Of a stretch of DNA of 64,000 nt, positions 19,799-30,456 are shown piece by piece (within the stretch, counting starts at the first letter, position 1; every line of letters starts with the position of its first letter). The stretch comes from a virus, in the IMG/VR virus record IMGVR_UViG_3300013126_000012, positions 32,001 to 96,000 of that record, one strand, 5' to 3'. A program made the position numbers and the translations under genes. The notes under the pieces are model-generated. The model saw nothing but the letters and a program-made list of their open reading frames with translations. It was not told the DNA's origin and did not search any database.

Positions 19799-20150
19799 TG
19801 TTTTCTAATTTTTTTAATAAAGTTGCAAATTTGAATTCTAATTCTTCAAGTCGTTGATGTATTTCGATTAACGCAGATCGTCTTACAATTGGCGTCAAAT
19901 CCATCTCAGGTTTAGTTGCAAAGAATTCATCCAAAAATGATACAGGATACAGTTGCACCTGATTGTATTCTGGTTTTTGTGCTTCTTTTGGTAGCATTCT
20001 ATATTTGATATCAACGCCCCGTTTAATAGCTTCCGCTGTTACTTCTCGACCAATGTTTGATCCACCAGAGCCTTTACCTAAATATTCAAAAAGCGATATA
20101 TAAGTGTCATCATTATTCTTCATAACTTGCTGAGTTTCTTTCGTGTTCAT
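19752..20150 (-). CDS. Hypothetical protein
   Basis: ORF between queD and queE; acidic DDDLPF C-terminus. Confidence 0.6.
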   Translation of the reverse strand: MNTKETQQVMKNNDDTYISLFEYLGKGSGGSNIGREVTAEAIKRGVDIKYRMLPKEAQKPEYNQVQLYPVSFLDEFFATKPEMDLTPIVRRSALIEIHQRLEELEFKFATLLKKLENNVTNSNEYHDDDLPF

Positions 20151-20577
20151 ATACTTCTACTTTTATTGCTTGAACTCTGCCTTCGGTTTCTTCAAACAAA
20201 AATTTATTAATTACTGCGTACAAATATTCAGCAAACCGTTCACAACCTGTAGCAGGTAATACACGTAATTGAATTACGCCATCTTCATACATTTGTTTAA
20301 ATTTTTCTAAATATGGATCGTCTTGTGCTATGATTGTAGTGTGGTCTAAAAGATAATCAAAATATGCTTTTGGAGACATACCATTTATTTTAGCTTTTGC
20401 ACGTTTCATGCCGCCAAAATCAAATACCCAATTACGATGATCTAAATCTCCTTCAAACCATACTCGAAATGATACTGCATACCCATGTAAAAATTTACAA
20501 TGAGTTCCTTCTGCTCGCCATTGGCGAAAACATGTTGAATATCCATCAAATAGTTTTGTTGATGTAAATTGTGCCAT
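20113..20577 (-). CDS. queD: 6-carboxy-5,6,7,8-tetrahydropterin synthase
   Basis: HCKFLHGY, VFDFGG.K, LDH, GCERFAE, VEVYEH. Confidence 0.9.
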   Translation of the reverse strand: MAQFTSTKLFDGYSTCFRQWRAEGTHCKFLHGYAVSFRVWFEGDLDHRNWVFDFGGMKRAKAKINGMSPKAYFDYLLDHTTIIAQDDPYLEKFKQMYEDGVIQLRVLPATGCERFAEYLYAVINKFLFEETEGRVQAIKVEVYEHERNSASYEE

Positions 20578-21278
20578 TAATTATAACCTTTTACAAATTG
20601 ATAAAATTCTGATCTTGCATTTCCATCATCTAAAAATGCTCCAGATAACTTTGCAGTCTTCATTGAAGCTCCGCCATGTTTAACTCCACGACATTGAACA
20701 CAATTATGTGTTGCTTCAATCATAACTGCTACACCTTTATTGCGTTCAATAAGCTCATCTATTGCGTGATGAATTGCTACTGTTAATTGTTCTTGAATTG
20801 CACCTCTTCTACCAAAGTGTTCTACAACGCGATTCAATTTACTTAAACCAATAACATTGCTATTCTCACCTGGAATGTATGCAACATGAACTAAGCCCAT
20901 AATTGTTTGATGATGATGTGAGCACATTGAAGTTAATGGAATGCCTCCTTCAAATACAATGCCATCATATCCGTCACTAGGAAATGCTGTGATTCCCGAC
21001 ATTGGTTCATATCTGCCAGCCCATAAATCATTAACATATGCCTTTGCAACTCTACGTGGAGTATCTGCAGAATTTGGATCTGATTCCCATGTAACGCCTA
21101 GAGCAGTTAAAAATTGCCCATAATGATAAGCTGCTTTATCAATTATTGCTTGTTTTTCTTGTTGCGTTAATTTAGCATCCGGACCTTCTAACGATTGTTT
21201 TGTTGCTAATTGAATTGAAACGCCATTAGCAAAACCAGGATGCACTAATTCTAAATTTTTTCTTTGTTTGTCTGTCAT
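20577..21278 (-). CDS. folE: GTP cyclohydrolase I
   Basis: TPRRVAK, SMCSHH, GLSKLNR, QEQLT, HNCVQCRG. Confidence 0.96.
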   Translation of the reverse strand: MTDKQRKNLELVHPGFANGVSIQLATKQSLEGPDAKLTQQEKQAIIDKAAYHYGQFLTALGVTWESDPNSADTPRRVAKAYVNDLWAGRYEPMSGITAFPSDGYDGIVFEGGIPLTSMCSHHHQTIMGLVHVAYIPGENSNVIGLSKLNRVVEHFGRRGAIQEQLTVAIHHAIDELIERNKGVAVMIEATHNCVQCRGVKHGGASMKTAKLSGAFLDDGNARSEFYQFVKGYN

Positions 21279-21330
21279 AACTTAATTCTTATTTTTAATA
21301 TAATAAAACTTATTGAAATTCCAAAGTTTT

Positions 21331-21864
21331 TTACATGTTTGGGTCACCCGGAGTATCTATACCAGATGCATCGTATTTTGGTGTATTGCTATTTAACTTT
21401 ACGTACACACTACCTCTATTTCCTGATGTTATAGTTGCATTAGGGTAAGCATTTTTAATATACCTTATATAAAGATTTAATCTAGATATATTTGTAGTTT
21501 CGCCTTCTTTTTTTGCTGGGGTAAATGTTATGGTATCAATTTCAGGATGGTCTTGCAAATCTTTTTTAATAATTGCAGTTACAGTTGCCATAACTCTAAA
21601 TAGTTCACCTTTATTTGCTACTATATTGTCTCTTTCTATATCCGGGTCATCTTCATCGGGGATATAAAATCTTACTCCTAATATGTTAGTTGTATCTTCA
21701 TCATAGGCATCGAAATCAGCATATTGTAATTCTACAGTATATGGATAATTTTCAGTATCAAACCCATAAATTCTCATATTATCATAATCGCCATAAAAAT
21801 CAAATCGATATGGTTGTGAACTTGCATCACCTATTTCTTTAAGTATTGTTTTTAATCGTATCAT
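21331..21864 (-). CDS. Hypothetical protein with MIRLKTILKE leader
   Basis: Start reassigned to 21864, directly after ATATTTATT motif. Confidence 0.7.
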   Translation of the reverse strand: MIRLKTILKEIGDASSQPYRFDFYGDYDNMRIYGFDTENYPYTVELQYADFDAYDEDTTNILGVRFYIPDEDDPDIERDNIVANKGELFRVMATVTAIIKKDLQDHPEIDTITFTPAKKEGETTNISRLNLYIRYIKNAYPNATITSGNRGSVYVKLNSNTPKYDASGIDTPGDPNM

Positions 21865-21865
21865 A

Positions 21866-22084
21866 TTAATAAATATCTTTGAATGCAGTATTGCCTTTTT
21901 CATGTGCCGGTTCATACGCACAATGTCTACAACCCGATCCACAACAAGCACCTCGTTTACGATGATATGCTTCAGTCATTACCATTCGACCATTTTCCCA
22001 ATAAAAATCCTCCGGAGAGAGCTTGTTTCCAAACTCTCTCACAAAGGCTTGTTGTATCCAATCTTTTGATGCTGGCTGTATCAT
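21866..22084 (-). CDS. Small Cys-rich protein (DUF5522-like)
   Basis: DFYWENGRMVMTEAYHRKRGACCGSGCRHCAY. Confidence 0.75.
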   Translation of the reverse strand: MIQPASKDWIQQAFVREFGNKLSPEDFYWENGRMVMTEAYHRKRGACCGSGCRHCAYEPAHEKGNTAFKDIY

Positions 22085-23940
22085 TAGCGCACCTCACATG
22101 CCCCATTCGCGCAGGCCAACTCACCAGCTAAATCCGTATTATCATCTAATTCAATTACCTTACTTAAATCAATGTTATGAAGTGATTTCATCATTGTTTC
22201 ATATGTTTCTTGGGTGATATCCTCGAAGGGCGCTTGAGTGTAGGTGCCCCCGTCGAATGGCAGAACTGATAATCCATTGTAATGTGCACGCTCCGTCCAC
22301 ATCCATTCTCCTGCCAATTCCCATTCGTCAGCCTTTAAGGAAACCGTTGCAGATACATTATGTGTATTATTTCCACTTCTATGTCCTGGTTTAACCCATT
22401 CTAAGTGCACCTTTTTAATACGATCTAATAATGCAAATGGAGATTCTGTTCTTAGTATAGCGCCTTCTGGTGCTTTTTGTGGAATTGAAATTACCGCAGT
22501 ATCATGAGGACGGAAATATTCATCTTCAACGAGCTCTGGATGATATTCTGCTAAATATGTGTAAATAGCTTCATTTTTTCCAACACGTATTCTTCTTACA
22601 TAATAATCATTGTGCCAAGCATGAATACCTGATGATGTTCCTAATGCTAAAGATGTTGTTCCTGCAGGCTTAACCGTTGTGGTACGAGCTGAACGATTAA
22701 TACCAATCAATTCTGCTACTCGTTGATTTTCTTCTTTAACTGCCTTTGCAGCCGCTTTCATATCATATCCTAATACCGTGCCAGATCCGATACCTGTCAT
22801 TGATACGCCAATAAGTGCATCTTTCTCAGTTGTGCGTTTCCATATTGGACGAAGATAATGAAAGTCTGTATATCCTGCTTGAAGTGTTCCGATAAATGCT
22901 GCAGCACGTACTCGTGCCATTAAATCGTCTTGCGATTCAACGTCCGATGCATTTACTTCACATAGGTTACAAAATTGAAATGGTCGAAGTGCAATTTCGC
23001 AACATGGGTTAGTTCCCCAATCTTTGTCATTGCTCAAATAAATTCCAGGTTCTCCTGCATTTGATAATTCAACTCGTTTCCATAAATCCATGAAAAATTC
23101 TTTGGTAACTTTGTGACGAATCAATACTGCAGAATTATTTGCTCGACCTCGTTGTGGATTTGTTTCCCACCATGCACCTGATTTACATGCAATCATTTCT
23201 TCATCGTCTGCACTAAATAAAGATATAAGTGCTGCTCTACGAATTCCACCTGCTAATACTGCATCTGCAACGTGACATACCATATCATGTACTTCAATTG
23301 GAGAAAGTTTATCGCCATCTTCTTTAGCATCTAAAATACCTTGCAATTTAATCAAACATTCTTTTAAAGGTTGTGGGCCTGGAGCTTTTCCTCCTGATGT
23401 AACCAATCTAGCACCTTTAGCTCTAATGTCTGAAAAATCAAATGCATATGATGTTCCGCCTTCAAAATAAGATTTAACTAGAACTTTTACTGCATCTGCC
23501 CATCCTTCAATTGAATCTGCAATCAAATATCTTCGAGTACGTTTTAGGTTTGGTTTACGAATTTCCGGTAATGCTTCAACATGATGTTTTTGCACAGAAT
23601 AACCAACGCCTGTCCCGCCTAGCAATAAAAACATTGCCTCTGCAAAAGCACGATAATCATCTATAGGAAGATATGCACAATTATAAATTCGATTAGGAGA
23701 GATTTCAATTGGTTTGCCTCCAAATTGTAAACTACGCATTGAAGGTAATACTTTTTTATTATATACAAATTGATATGCAGATTCAATTTCTTCCCGTAAG
23801 TTGGGATATTTTTTGATGTGCATTTCTTTGTTTCTTGTAACTAGTTCTTCCCATGTTTCTCTGCGGTTAAGCTCGGGAAGATATTTTGAATATTTCATGT
23901 AGACTGTAATTTCACTTAAGATTTGATTTGAAATCTCCAT
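22084..23940 (-). CDS. nrdJ: Class II (B12-dependent) ribonucleotide reductase
   Basis: VLPSMR, YNCA, GTGVG, TNPCCEI, FCNL, KPAGT, C-terminal CANGAC. Confidence 0.93.
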   Translation of the reverse strand: MEISNQILSEITVYMKYSKYLPELNRRETWEELVTRNKEMHIKKYPNLREEIESAYQFVYNKKVLPSMRSLQFGGKPIEISPNRIYNCAYLPIDDYRAFAEAMFLLLGGTGVGYSVQKHHVEALPEIRKPNLKRTRRYLIADSIEGWADAVKVLVKSYFEGGTSYAFDFSDIRAKGARLVTSGGKAPGPQPLKECLIKLQGILDAKEDGDKLSPIEVHDMVCHVADAVLAGGIRRAALISLFSADDEEMIACKSGAWWETNPQRGRANNSAVLIRHKVTKEFFMDLWKRVELSNAGEPGIYLSNDKDWGTNPCCEIALRPFQFCNLCEVNASDVESQDDLMARVRAAAFIGTLQAGYTDFHYLRPIWKRTTEKDALIGVSMTGIGSGTVLGYDMKAAAKAVKEENQRVAELIGINRSARTTTVKPAGTTSLALGTSSGIHAWHNDYYVRRIRVGKNEAIYTYLAEYHPELVEDEYFRPHDTAVISIPQKAPEGAILRTESPFALLDRIKKVHLEWVKPGHRSGNNTHNVSATVSLKADEWELAGEWMWTERAHYNGLSVLPFDGGTYTQAPFEDITQETYETMMKSLHNIDLSKVIELDDNTDLAGELACANGACEVR

Positions 23941-23986
23941 TGTTGTAATCTCCTTAGATGTTTTATTAACTTAAATTTTTTAGATG

Positions 23987-24010
23987 AAAAAAGGAAGGAG
24001 TACTCCTTCC
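23987..24010 (-). terminator. Perfect 18-bp palindrome plus U6 in the nrdJ leader
   Basis: GGAAGGAGTACTCCTTCC followed by TTTTTT on the minus strand. Confidence 0.6.
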
Positions 24011-24035
24011 CAATTTCTTTCATATAAATATCATT

Positions 24036-25391
24036 TTATCCCAAAGTTCCTCCAAGATCTTTAAACTTTTGTGCTAAATTTTTCTTAACTAAATTCTCGC
24101 CCGTTTTCATGATCTGCGTAGTTTGTTTGCCTTGAGTTGTTTGTGGTTCAAAGAATTGAAATTGACCATTATTTGTGTTGATTTTACTTGGTAGTGTAAT
24201 ACCATCTGGTCCAAATCGATTCTTAATAACATGTCCTCTACCAGTTCCTGATAATTTATCTTCTACTTTTCTAGATAGTGACATTAAAAAATCAGCAACC
24301 ATTACTTTTCCATACGATGATGCAATTTTGTCTGCTTCAATTACATCTTCTTCCAATGCACTACGACCTGCCTGCGATGCTGTCCATACTGGAATTTTAT
24401 ATTCTCCTGCCATACCTCGCAACTCTTCATATAAATCTTCCAATGCTTCGTGCTTATCTTTTTTAGTATTTACTTTGAGCAAGTCACCGTAATCTACAAT
24501 AATCAAATCAGGTGTTTTGCCTTGCATCATTGTTTTTTCAATATGTGCTTTAAGTGCCATTACTCCTACCGACTTTGTAGGGTAGTATTTAACAATCAAA
24601 TCTCCCGTTAGAGACTGCATCTTTTCTTCCACAGTTTCTTGATGATGCTTAAGTGTTTGTGCGTTTATACCAGTTAAAACCGAGTCATATCGCTGTCCTA
24701 CATAGTTCTCATTGAGCTCTAATGTATAATGTATAACTGTTTTTCCTGCTCTAACTGCATTAGCACCGATGTTGATAAGCATCCAAGATTTACCAATACC
24801 TGCAGGAGCCATCACTACTCCTAACTCACCAGGAGCCAATCCGCCATCCATTAAATCGTCAATAACATCCCAACCCGTTGTGATTGTATGTCGAGCAGCT
24901 TCATTGTATCGTGCAGCTACATTATTAATGTAATCTAATCCAATGTCAGTATCAGCACCAGCTTTCATGGCACTATCCATTTTGGTTTTAATTGCATCAT
25001 AGTTACCCATTTTGAGTAACGATACCGAATCCATAATGGCTCGTTTGATTTCTTGATTCTTGCAAAATTTAAGAATTTCATCTTTTACAAAAGAAAGGTC
25101 ATCAGATTCCATGTAACGGAATACTTCTTTCAATTGTTCTAATACTGCAGTTTTTAAGATGTCATTTTCAATTTCGGTTATTTTGACTTTAAGTACATCT
25201 TTAGATGGCGGAGCTTTGTATTGTCTAAAATGTTCCAATACAATTTCTAACAACCAACTGTTTGCATCTGATTCAAAATAATCAGGTTGAATGATATCTG
25301 CAATTTGTTGTAAAAATATTCGGTCTGTAAATAATGCGGCTATGACTTTGACTTGAAAGCCAAAACCATACTCCGATAAACGATCAGTCAT
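24036..25391 (-). CDS. Replicative DnaB-like helicase (T4 gp41-like)
   Basis: APAGIGKS, YTLEL, IIVDYGDLL, WTASQ, KNRFG. Confidence 0.93.
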   Translation of the reverse strand: MTDRLSEYGFGFQVKVIAALFTDRIFLQQIADIIQPDYFESDANSWLLEIVLEHFRQYKAPPSKDVLKVKITEIENDILKTAVLEQLKEVFRYMESDDLSFVKDEILKFCKNQEIKRAIMDSVSLLKMGNYDAIKTKMDSAMKAGADTDIGLDYINNVAARYNEAARHTITTGWDVIDDLMDGGLAPGELGVVMAPAGIGKSWMLINIGANAVRAGKTVIHYTLELNENYVGQRYDSVLTGINAQTLKHHQETVEEKMQSLTGDLIVKYYPTKSVGVMALKAHIEKTMMQGKTPDLIIVDYGDLLKVNTKKDKHEALEDLYEELRGMAGEYKIPVWTASQAGRSALEEDVIEADKIASSYGKVMVADFLMSLSRKVEDKLSGTGRGHVIKNRFGPDGITLPSKINTNNGQFQFFEPQTTQGKQTTQIMKTGENLVKKNLAQKFKDLGGTLG

Positions 25392-25426
25392 ATAACCATT
25401 ATATAAAAAACGTTGATAAAATCAAA

Positions 25427-26494
25427 TTATTTGTGTGTTTGTTTTGCAAATGCATTTAAAGACAACCAAGTATTGTTCAACCAATCTGGTAAATTCTTCA
25501 TGATAGCCCACATCTTATCTTCATAAAATAATCTTTGAAACTCAGAACGATTTAATTCAGGTATAGGTTGTTCCATAATACCACGAATCTTTGTTGCAGT
25601 TTGTGCTGGTATATCAAGCAATTTGATATTCATTAATTGATAATTTTGTTCGATGATGCGACTATTATCAAGAATTTTTTGATATGACTTAGATTCTTTA
25701 AGCAATGCCGTGCTTTTGTCAAACAATTGTTGTGTCGAATATGGTGCTGCAGCAGCTAATTCCGGAATCAATTTCAATATAGTTTTTGGACCTATTCCAT
25801 TAACACCTGGAATGTTGTCTGATGCATCGCCCGTAAATGATCTATAAATAACCATGTTAGCAGGATGCACTCCAAATTCTTCTTGCACCGTGTCTACATT
25901 ATACATTTTCTTTTTAATAGGAGACCATACTTGAATATGATCATCTACCAATTGGTAAAAGTCTCTATCTGTAGATACAATTGTAATTTTTTTGCATTCC
26001 GTTTCATACATTTGTGCAATATACGCAATAGTATCATCTGCCTCAATTCCATCCATTGAAATAAATGTAACAGGCAAATTGTCTAGATAAGAAATCAAAC
26101 GACTAAATTGATGTCGCATTGATTCTTGTTCTTGCTCCAAAGTAGATTCATGATGATCATGACGACGCAATTTGGTTTTATTTGCCCTATTTGCTTTGTA
26201 ATCACCATAAATACGTTTTCTTCGTGCAGAACCCCCGCGACCATCAAAAACGATAATGCATCGAGTTGGTTTAAAATCTCGTATGGTTTTGCCTACCGAA
26301 TATAAAAATCCGGTAATACCACCAATATGATCGCCATCTTCATTGTATGCGGGAGTTGCGCCGAAGCTTCTAATAAAAGTGTTCAGTCCGTCAAACACCA
26401 TGAGATGATCATTGACGCTTGACGGAGCAGAACTCTTTTCTTTTTGTAACTCTTTGAATAGCTGTTGATACTTATTCTTCATCATAAACTTCAT
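25427..26494 (-). CDS. 5'-3' exonuclease/flap endonuclease (T4 RNase H-like)
   Basis: DGLNTF, VFDG, YKANR, EADD, STDRD, GDASDNIPGVNGIGPKT. Confidence 0.93.
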   Translation of the reverse strand: MKFMMKNKYQQLFKELQKEKSSAPSSVNDHLMVFDGLNTFIRSFGATPAYNEDGDHIGGITGFLYSVGKTIRDFKPTRCIIVFDGRGGSARRKRIYGDYKANRANKTKLRRHDHHESTLEQEQESMRHQFSRLISYLDNLPVTFISMDGIEADDTIAYIAQMYETECKKITIVSTDRDFYQLVDDHIQVWSPIKKKMYNVDTVQEEFGVHPANMVIYRSFTGDASDNIPGVNGIGPKTILKLIPELAAAAPYSTQQLFDKSTALLKESKSYQKILDNSRIIEQNYQLMNIKLLDIPAQTATKIRGIMEQPIPELNRSEFQRLFYEDKMWAIMKNLPDWLNNTWLSLNAFAKQTHK

Positions 26495-27632
26495 CTACGA
26501 CAATTACGTCATCAATACCACCATCAACACCGGCTTGATATTTGAAGATATAAGCATCGCATATTCTTTGATATAACCTTTCTTTTGCTTCTGAGTTATT
26601 AATAACCTTTTCCACAAAATCTTTGCTTTGAAATTTGAATTCGCCAAACGATTCTCCGGTTTCAATATCTACGTCATCCATAGTATACCAAGCACCTGAT
26701 TGTTTAACAATATCAAAATTCTTCATGATGTTTAACCAACCACCATAATTGTCAATACCAGAATCATAATAGATTTCATAATCAACTTTGCGATGTGGAG
26801 GACCCATCCTGTTTTTTACTACTTGTACATTTGTTTTGCTACCCACAACTTGTTCTACACCACTTACTTTGGCTTTGATCATTCCGGTATTTTTCAAACG
26901 CAATCTAACCGAAGCATGAAATGGAATTGCTTTACCGCCTGCAGTTGTCCATTGGTCACCAAATGATACGCCCATTTTGGTACGTAATTGATTGGTAAAT
27001 ATGAGACAAATACGTTCGCGTGCAATCCAATTGGTAACTTTTCGCATTGCCTTTGATAATATAATGGATTTGCTTGTTGCATAACCATCCTTATCATACT
27101 CAGCTGACATTTCAATTTTTGTAGATGCACCCATGATTGAATCCACTACAATTGTAACTAAACGATTTTTGTCTGATTTACGTACTCCTTCAACAATAGT
27201 TTCAATTGTTTCAAAAATTTCTTCAATTGTCTCTAAAGGAACATAAAGCATTGTTTTCAAATCAACGCCAATTGCTGTTAAAAATTCAGAACTCACTGCG
27301 GCTTCTGTATCAATATATACTGCTAATCCGCCTTTCTTTTGTGTTTCTGCTAATGTGTGTGCAGCTAACAACGATTTACCAGATGCTTCCAATCCGGTAA
27401 TTTCAGTGATGCGCCCAACGGGAAAACCTCCATGGGCGCGATTTGAAATTGCTAAATCGAGCATCGAGCAACCAGATGATACCCACTCTGTTACATTGCT
27501 TGGAGCATCTTCATCGCCATCTAAAAAGAATGCAGTTTTGAGTGCTTGACCTTTAAATTGCTTGTTGATACTTTCTGCCAATGTTGATGCTAGAGCATCT
27601 TCTATTTCCAGTTTACTTTTACTCTTTGCCAT
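26472..27632 (-). CDS. recA: RecA/UvsX recombinase
   Basis: GRITEITGLEASGKS, YIDTE, IVVDS, FTNQLR, GGKAIPFHASVRL, KNR. Confidence 0.95.
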   Translation of the reverse strand: MAKSKSKLEIEDALASTLAESINKQFKGQALKTAFFLDGDEDAPSNVTEWVSSGCSMLDLAISNRAHGGFPVGRITEITGLEASGKSLLAAHTLAETQKKGGLAVYIDTEAAVSSEFLTAIGVDLKTMLYVPLETIEEIFETIETIVEGVRKSDKNRLVTIVVDSIMGASTKIEMSAEYDKDGYATSKSIILSKAMRKVTNWIARERICLIFTNQLRTKMGVSFGDQWTTAGGKAIPFHASVRLRLKNTGMIKAKVSGVEQVVGSKTNVQVVKNRMGPPHRKVDYEIYYDSGIDNYGGWLNIMKNFDIVKQSGAWYTMDDVDIETGESFGEFKFQSKDFVEKVINNSEAKERLYQRICDAYIFKYQAGVDGGIDDVIVVDEVYDEE

Positions 27633-27647
27633 TTTATAACCTCACTG

Positions 27648-28418
27648 TTAGTTGTTGAATAAATCATCAAATGCAGAAGCAACATCATCAACTTTTTTAG
27701 TTGCAGCCGGCTTAGCAGCTTTTGCTGGAGCAGGAGCTTCTTCTTCATCATCCGAATCAACATCTGAATCTGCATTTTCTGGATTCATCCATTCTGCTAA
27801 TGCTTTTTCTAGTTCTTCATAAGATGGTTCTGGAAATAAATCAGTAATCGTAGGTTGATTCATGATTTTTTGTGCAATCTCTTTGTCTTCGGTTGCAGGT
27901 TGTGTATTAGGCTTAACACGAATTGCAGTCTTTGGATAAGCTCCGCCTTCTGCTGGCGTAAATTCTACATCAATATCACGACCATTCATCAAATCCGTAA
28001 TGTCGCCATAATCTGGATCAGAGATAATTGAAAGCAATTCTGTGTAGATTGTTTTACCAAATCCCCAAAACTTAACACCTTCAGATTCTTTACCGCGAAC
28101 AATTACAGGAACATAAGTACGCATTTTAGGTTCAATCTTACGACCCATTAGCCAATCTTCTTTATCTCCGGTCTTTTTAAGCTTATCTGCAAATTCTACG
28201 ATTGGATCTGCGTTGCCAAATGTGATCGGCGATAACATGGATTTCTTTCCGATGTCATAATGAAAATACAATTCTAAAAACGGATTTTCTTTGCGGTGGA
28301 CGTATGGTACAATGCGCACCCTCGTTTTTCCTGCTTCGGGTTTCCAAAGATTCTGTTTTTTGTCATCGGCTTTGTTTAATTGATTAAGTTTTGCTTTGAT
28401 AGCGTCTAAGTTTAACAT
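27648..28418 (-). CDS. Single-stranded DNA-binding protein (T4 gp32-like)
   Basis: WKPEAG...RIVP, YFHY, FWGFGK, DITD...GRD, acidic tail ending FDDLFNN. Confidence 0.8.
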   Translation of the reverse strand: MLNLDAIKAKLNQLNKADDKKQNLWKPEAGKTRVRIVPYVHRKENPFLELYFHYDIGKKSMLSPITFGNADPIVEFADKLKKTGDKEDWLMGRKIEPKMRTYVPVIVRGKESEGVKFWGFGKTIYTELLSIISDPDYGDITDLMNGRDIDVEFTPAEGGAYPKTAIRVKPNTQPATEDKEIAQKIMNQPTITDLFPEPSYEELEKALAEWMNPENADSDVDSDDEEEAPAPAKAAKPAATKKVDDVASAFDDLFNN

Positions 28419-28493
28419 AAATTTCCTTTTTGTTAAGTTGTTAATAAAAAATAATTAATAATAATATAATTGATTTACCGGTTAAATCCAAGT

Positions 28494-29186
28494 TTATAAT
28501 TTGTTTTTTTTTAAATTCATCGTTTGTTTAAATGATTCGAGACGCTTTCGTTTATGTTCTGCAGATTGTGGCCCAGTTTTACGACCTAGTAACGTATTGC
28601 TAATTTTTTGTTTTATTTCGTCAGTTTTAGGTTTACCATAATTATGATTTTTTTCACCTTTTTTTGCATCGCTTAGTTTTTTCTTTATCTCATTAGATAA
28701 CGGTTTACCCATTTGAGATTCGCTCTTTTGTAGTCGTCGATCTTTTGTCCAAGCTGCACTTAACTTTTTTTTAGTTTCGTTAGTATGTTGCTTACCTTTA
28801 TTCCAAGCTTCTCGGCCTTTACTTGATTGACCAATTTTAAGTTTAGTTTCATCAGAATGAGTGAATGATTTTCTTGCGTCACTAATTAATAGTTTAATAT
28901 GCTCGTATTCTCGACTACTAACCGTATAATTGCGTTGTTGCGTATTACTTTGTGTTTTATTTGCCATTAACCAATATGCATATAATAATTTATGATCATT
29001 AGGATAAATTTCACAAAGAAGTTTATGTGCGATAAAATGTTCTCGAGCTGTTAAATCAACTAAATTTGATGCATTATTGCTCCCGCCTATACAACGTGGT
29101 ATGACATGATGTCTTTCTTTGTAACCTAGCAATGTTCTTGTTCGAGCTCGATTAATTAATTGTGTATAAATTCGTTCATAATTCAT
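28494..29186 (-). mobile_element. HNH homing endonuclease with NUMOD3 repeats
   Basis: ERHHVIPRCIGGSN...NLV.LTAREHFIAH; repeated HSDETKLKI/HTNETKKKLS. Confidence 0.88.
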
Positions 29187-29341
29187 TTAATTAGTATCCT
29201 TAGTTAATTAATTATAATTTAATTAGTTATGTCGTTAATTCAAAGTTAATTGTTAAGTTTTTTATTTTTAAATTATGATATACCCACCGTAAGCGCCTAA
29301 ACCTCTATCTGCACGTTCTAATTCATTACTAATTTTATCTG

Positions 29342-29617
29342 CTATTTCATTTGATAAAGTACTTTAAATTCTACAATTCCATCATTTGGATCATATGAAC
29401 GATTAATTGAAGTTTTATCAAAACCATATTTCTTAAATACATTAACGGCAATTCTATCCATGAAGTTATCAGTGCCAGAAAATAAAATCATTAGACTATC
29501 AGCTGGCCTTTCGGTTTCATCTGGATATCCGTTGTTATTTTGATCAGAATCTTCACTCAAATTCTTAGTACCGAACCTTCTCATGTTTTCTGCTAAGATG
29601 TTTTTTAATTTAATCAT
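29342..29617 (-). CDS. Hypothetical protein with MIKLKNILAE leader (3' end possibly frameshifted)
   Basis: Leader motif; SD-like TAGGA; shifted frame stays open to about 29268. Confidence 0.6.
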   Translation of the reverse strand: MIKLKNILAENMRRFGTKNLSEDSDQNNNGYPDETERPADSLMILFSGTDNFMDRIAVNVFKKYGFDKTSINRSYDPNDGIVEFKVLYQMK

Positions 29618-29646
29618 GACTGTTCCTATGTATAAATTTAAATTTT

Positions 29647-30039
29647 TTAGAATAAATAATCAGAAAGTACTTGATCATTTATTCCGTGTTTTTTTGCAAC
29701 AAGTTCATCTTGTATTTCTACATTTTGAATATCGCCATCTTCATCGAAGGTAACAGTAAAATCAATAGTATCGGATCCTACTTTTAATTCGCAATCAAAT
29801 TTAATATCAGACACTAAACGTGTTTGATCATATGCACCTGTTGGATCATTTTCACTTTCAATTTCTTGTTTGATGTCGTTTATCAGATCTTGGAAATCGC
29901 TTTTATCAGCTACGCCGCCACCTTGATATGTTACATACGAATATCCGCCAATATTTTTATCATATTCTGCACGATTAATAACAATTTGAAAATCTTTATT
30001 TTCTTGATCTTCTCGCAATAAATTTTTCAATTTAATCAT
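29647..30039 (-). CDS. Acidic hypothetical protein with MIKLKNLLRE leader
   Basis: Leader motif; ATATTTATA and TAGGA upstream. Confidence 0.7.
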   Translation of the reverse strand: MIKLKNLLREDQENKDFQIVINRAEYDKNIGGYSYVTYQGGGVADKSDFQDLINDIKQEIESENDPTGAYDQTRLVSDIKFDCELKVGSDTIDFTVTFDEDGDIQNVEIQDELVAKKHGINDQVLSDYLF

Positions 30040-30063
30040 TTGTTGTCCTATATAATATAAATA

Positions 30064-30450
30064 TTAGTTCCATGTAATTTTCTTGAAAAAGATCAAGTCA
30101 ATTACGCGATATCCCGCATCATCGGTTAGGATGAAAGAATTTTGATATTTGGTCCAATCCAATCGATATGATTTGTCTAATACGCCATTATTAACAACCC
30201 GAATAACTTCATTAAGTGCATTGACAGTATATAAAGTATTGGTTTCTTTTTTGCGGTGAATGCTAATTGTATTCTGTCCCCGTTGCGTTCCTGCATCTGC
30301 ATTGTATGTGCAATATAAATTGTCTGCGGCTTCTGCATTGGCAAATACAAAGATTCTGCGTTCTGGTATGGTATAGCTTTGTTGTATGTAATCTGATATT
30401 ATGTTTAAATCTGACTTATGTGCAAATGTGCAAAGTAATTGTGTTTTCAT
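30064..30450 (-). CDS. Hypothetical protein
   Basis: QLLCTF...TISIHRKKETNTLYTVNALN; no function recognised. Confidence 0.7.
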   Translation of the reverse strand: MKTQLLCTFAHKSDLNIISDYIQQSYTIPERRIFVFANAEAADNLYCTYNADAGTQRGQNTISIHRKKETNTLYTVNALNEVIRVVNNGVLDKSYRLDWTKYQNSFILTDDAGYRVIDLIFFKKITWN

Positions 30451-30456
30451 TCTTCA

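Noticed and set aside
21865-21951. N-terminal extension of ORF 21331-21951
   Set aside because: Overlaps the Cys-rich gene; promoter motif and leader point to a start at 21864
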